Shown here: one piece after another, positions 59,197 through 64,000 of the stretch
Layout of the letters: every line of letters begins with the position of its first letter
Numbering within the stretch: position 1 is the stretch's first letter
DNA from: Trichoplax adhaerens
Lineage: Eukaryota > Animalia > Placozoa
DNA: 64,000 nucleotides
Assembly: GCF_000150275.1 (NCBI RefSeq)
Contig: NW_002060950.1
Span: forward strand, 2,220,106 to 2,284,105
Direction of reading: 5' to 3'
Notes under the pieces: model-generated
Database searches by the model: none
What the model was told of the DNA's origin: nothing
What the model saw: only the letters and a program-made list of their open reading frames with translations
Position numbers and translations under genes: made by a program

Positions 59197-61941
59197 TCTG
59201 CTTACAGATATTTATGGTCTGCTGTATTTTATTTGCCTTTCTTTATTATGGTGAAATCGCTATATAATAGTTCGTAACTATACAATAAACAGTTTCTGTC
59301 TACTGATAAATTACAGGATATTACTATTTATGTTTAATAAAAGAACTTAATATAGCATAAAAAGGAGGTGATATGTACCCCATTAATATCCTTGATTGCT
59401 ACATTAAACATGATTAAGCTACCAATAATGGCTGTGTATCTGAATATTAGTTGATTACTTATATTAGACATTGGCGATTGCTATTGATAGATGGTTAATT
59501 AATTAAATAAATTATAATATACAGATTTATTTGAATTAATACGTGCATTAGAATGTATACTATAGTTGCGAAGATGCATAACAATTTACTATGTTGGACA
59601 CTGATAATAGAGTAATCGAATCTTAGGAAGATCAACGCATATTTAAACTTGCTGGGTTATTTACCTCTCATAATATCGATAGCTGCAGTCAATACAGCAA
59701 CACTCCATCCTTTTTACAGCTTTTTTACTGTAAATTGACTCAACCAAATGTATTTAAACAAAAGAATTTTAGAGTCTGTAATGGTTTCGGTTCAGGATAT
59801 TTTAGATCAGATTTTAATGTTCAGTAGTTAATTACTACTTTTCTAAAACTCAATAATACGTAAAAGATTTTTAAAGTTTCACCTAGGCTAGGACTATTAT
59901 TGTGTAAGAATTAGATAATTTAAATTAAATAAAGTAATTGGATACTTTTTTTGTACAATTACTGCTCAGAATAGATGATGAAACATCATAATAGGCATTT
60001 ATTAGCAATTAATCAGTCAAATTATTCGGCTATATATTTATGGCTAGCTTCTGGTACGGTACAAGACGACTGTATTTATAAATATTGCGCCTGTAAGTTG
60101 AACCACTTTTTGAGAAACCTTTAGCAGAGCTCATTATAATTCTGGTGCCACTATAAAACGTAGGGCCTGCTTTTAAGTTTCTAATACTACTCTATGTAGA
60201 CCTATTATAAATTCATTAAATTTACGAACTGACATCTATTGAAATTTTGCATTATTAGCAGTAAGCAAATGTGATTAATTCGTGATGACTCTAGCTATTA
60301 ACACCTGTAACCTAAATTTCAGGTACGTGAAAGAAGGTTCATTTATTGATATTTCAGTCAGCTAGATAAGGGCCAGCACATCTATCGCAGAGATTCTGTA
60401 TAAAGTAGAACAGGAGATAGAATATCTATCTCCCAATCGTAGCTATTAATTATTGCCTTTTGCTTCTATTTCTACGGTTAGTTGATACAAAGTGCATAAA
60501 ATTGCATCACTAATGGCGATTTAGCTCATAATAATTGTACTTTTTGGTCGAAAATAGATTTAACTCTAACTCTAATCTTACTCGTAGTTTGAACTTAATC
60601 CTAGACAAGTGCTAACTTTAACCTTAATTCTAGGAATAAAATATGAAACTATCTTGATAGTCGTAAGATTTCGCTTGTTTATTATCGCATTCTATATGCA
60701 CCTAAGTAACTTCAATGAATATATATTGAATTACGTCAGATCAATAAATTTAAATAACTTATTTAATATTAAAACGTGAATATTTCTTTAATCCAATTAA
60801 TGATATAACGATTATATTGATAGCTTGTAATAAAAAAATTAAAAAAATGAATCTTGAAAAGAGAAAACTTTACAGCCCCGTATTCTTTAGTTTCTTTTAA
60901 GTAAGCAATGATCTTATATGATATCTCGTAGAAGTATTTAAATAAATACAGATAGCGTAAAGGATATGAAGACTTTGACATCACATGCATACGCTTATAT
61001 TCTTTATCCTAGTATTTTATATCAACTTAAAATTCGTAAAAGTGCGGTATCTTGTAGTAAATTAATGGTCTCATCATTATGAATAATTCATAATTGATAT
61101 ATCAGTCTAAAAGTTTGCTTAAAAACACAACTACTAAGCCTGGTCTACAGTTCATATCTTATATTTTGATTAAAGTTGTAATCTTTGAAAGAAATATGCT
61201 TTGTATGTGTGCTACAGTACAAGCAGAAGAATATATCTTACCCTTGCTTGATATTCACTATAATTAGAAGTACGTAATCATTGCTATTTATTCAATAACA
61301 TAATTTGTTGTCTGATATTTAATAGTATGGGTTTAACGACCATTGCGTTTCATCATTATCTTATTATAATATGATAAATCTGAACTATTTATAATCTTTT
61401 AGCTTAGATCGCACCGGGTATATAATGGTGAGCTAAAAATCATTACATAACATTTTATTAATAAAAATTTGTTTCTCCTATGTTTCAGGATTTAATATAT
61501 TTTCTTTTTCATGGTTCGTTCTATGCGCCAATAAATTGAAGCTGCAATTAAAAATTTCGTATCCAATTTTTCATCATTGCCAATACTTCTGTACTATTAT
61601 AACTTTTGATGAATTCTTCATCGCTGGGAGGCCTGATAATTTCCTCGCACTAGTTATTAAAAGGAAATAATTTCGACTTTGTCTTAGTATATAAATTTTA
61701 GAGTAAAATAGGAGTAAAGGCGTATACTTAGTTAGATTTAATTAGACTTTTTACAATTCCATTTTGTAACTATAGCTTGAGAAATTTTCGATAGAAATAT
61801 TATCAGCTGTCTGATAAGATAATTCTACAGAATATTTAATGAACCAAAATCTGTAATGTTCCAATATTTTTGGATTGGATTAAATTAATACAGTAGGTTT
61901 AGGCACAATTTATGTCGGCAAACTACAAGTTGAAAGTGTAT

Positions 61942-64000
61942 TTATGGCACTTCCTCAAAAAATATCAGATTGATCTCATTAATAAATTTGATACGGTGTT
62001 GAACGCTTATTAATCTTTTGAGCGAGCAATAGAACCAAAAAATAGTTAAAGTGAGGCCAGCGTCAAACTTGAATAGCTGAAGTATGTTTATAGCTTCATA
62101 CATAGAATTGTTTAATAATACATAAAATATACTTACAATACTTAGCATGTGTAGCTTCTTTTCATAATCGTTATCCGAGCACTGACCATCATCATGTACT
62201 AATCCCACATTATCAATACCTTTACAGTTACTATCGGGTTCATCCTGCTTCTTCAAGAGTTTTAATATAAGGTGTCCGAATAGTTGTATATCTTTCTCTA
62301 CTTGTGTACCATTATCAACATTTGTTGCCAAAGTAAAATTATATAAAATTGCAGTTTTAGGTCCCTGTAGAAATGAAGTTTGAAGTTTAGTGAAATTATC
62401 TTCTTAACATATACTAACAGTAGTCAAATTGGAATAAGCTGAAATAGTTATGTTCGTTTCCATATGCCTAGGGTAAATCCGCTTGTTAGAGTATACATAC
62501 CTTTGGTGTTCTAGATCCATATAAAATTGAGTCGTCCTCTAATAGATTAATAGCTATGTTTTTTTGATGAATATAGACTAGTGCTTCCAATATATCCAGA
62601 GTGATGTCGTATAGGTTACCGATGCTAAGCGATTGAGAATTGGTTTTCATGACTTTGCAAAGCATTTCACCGTAAATTAGCTCGGTGCATATAACTCTGT
62701 AAAGCATTAAAAATTTATTATTTTATTTAGAGTTCTGTTTACTATAAATTATTAGTAAATAATAGTTCTTAATTTAATGTAGTAGTGCCAAAAACCTACA
62801 ATATGCAATTATGCAGTGAAGACTTACAGTTGCAAAAGAATATCGTTTACATTTTCACCCGGTGAACAGGTATATCGAAGTTCAGAGTAGGAAGATAACC
62901 AAAGAAATTTGACAATTCCTTCTGGCTTACCTGACTCTTTCGATAATAGTCTTAATATTCTAGCTTCATTAGCCCACATATTGCGCTCTTTGTTACTGAA
63001 TGATTTCAACATACCAAATACTTTATCGCTTTTCCAGTTCAGCCAAGCTGCCATAATAAGAAACTACAGAAGGAAGAGAAGAAGTGTCAATAAGAAAATG
63101 GAAAATATACTAACATGCAATAGTTATGTGTTATGTTTATTGTAAATTAATAAAGAAGTTTTAGAGCAAAAGAATAAAATTACATAGCTGTAATTTATAG
63201 AAATACGGTTAACACAGATCCAATATTATATGCTTATCGAAGTACTAGGTGCCTATTTAAATATTGCGATATTGAAGATCTGCCATGAAGCGTAAATCGC
63301 TTAATAGTTGTGTAGCTATGCAAATTGACACGTAGGAATATTTAAGAAAAAAGGAGATCATTATCTCAGTGGTGCTGATTATGCACACATATTTGAGTGT
63401 AGGAATAGTATACTTTTTATGATTCTGTTACGAACATAGATGAAAGGATCTTAAGGTATATACTGCACTGTTGGTGTATAGGACATTATTTAAATTTTGC
63501 TAGGTACTTTTAGATTGCTTATAAACATAAACGAGCTAGACAAAATGGCTACTAAGCAATTTATTTGTTCGTTACAAAAGCAACATTATATACCGGCCAA
63601 GCTCCTTATATACGTATTATCATTAAATTTAATACCTGTCCTTCTTTTAGCTGGCCACATTTTCTAATATTTACAATTGGCGGTTTATCAGCGGTTTCTA
63701 GATGGATTGATGAAATCAGTTTAGAACACCATATATTTATATATTCCATTAATTGAATGCTGGTATCTAATAAATGACTCTGTGTTCGATACTTACTTTT
63801 CATGGCTTCAAGTGGAACTGTGGGCGTAAAATTTCTAATGGTCCTTCTTGTGCTGTTAATAGTTGTATTGCTAGCTGAACTGGTGGAATAAACTTGTGAT
63901 TTAGTGGCAGATGTTCGCCGAGAGCTGGCCCATGACCTCATTAATCTTTCTTTAAAACTTTTTGTCGTCGCTGTGTATAGTATCGGATTAATTGCTGAAT
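61942..64000 (-). CDS. 3' portion of a class A GPCR (RXFP/LGR-like TM7 and helix 8) fused to a C-terminal pseudokinase domain; 5' part lies beyond the window
   Basis: The frame is open from the window edge: xSAINPILYTATTKSFKERLMRSW. Exons 64000-63636, 63063-62828, 62696-62501, 62364-62137 and 62076-61942 join in phases 0/2/0/0. They encode kinase-like subdomains GQLKEGQF, GMLK, WANEARIL, GIVKFL, ICTELIYG, ALVYIHQKNIAINLLEDDSIL, ILYNFTLA and DIQLFGHLILKLL. Confidence 0.8.

Noticed and set aside
63606-63941. Stand-alone 111-aa protein starting at Met 63941
   Set aside because: The frame is open upstream through a GPCR NPxxY motif, and a donor at 63635 links it to downstream exons.

Overview
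AT-rich, intron-dense eukaryotic (animal) DNA with short GT-AG introns. The compactness and protein style suggest an early-branching metazoan such as the placozoan Trichoplax (inference, not verified). The ORF track mostly captures exon fragments, so gene models were rebuilt by hand from splice sites. In order: a divergent kinesin-5 paralog (+, 2321-~9322), DDRGK1/UFBP1 (-), a canonical kinesin-5/KIF11 (-), a TAPP/PLEKHA1-like tandem-PH adaptor (+), an intronless BPHL-like alpha/beta hydrolase whose nucleophile is Cys rather than Ser (-), and three tandem 16-exon amino-acid-permease-like paralogs (+). At the right edge (-) lies the 3' part of a rhodopsin-class GPCR (TM7 SAINPILYT plus helix 8, RXFP/LGR-like) whose reading frame continues through phase-compatible exons into a degenerate protein-kinase domain. 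This apparent GPCR-pseudokinase fusion is the most notable item. Clusters of a palindromic TACTGTACAGTA-type repeat mark the DDRGK1 and KIF11/TAPP promoter regions. No rRNA, tRNA, CRISPR array or transposase was recognised.
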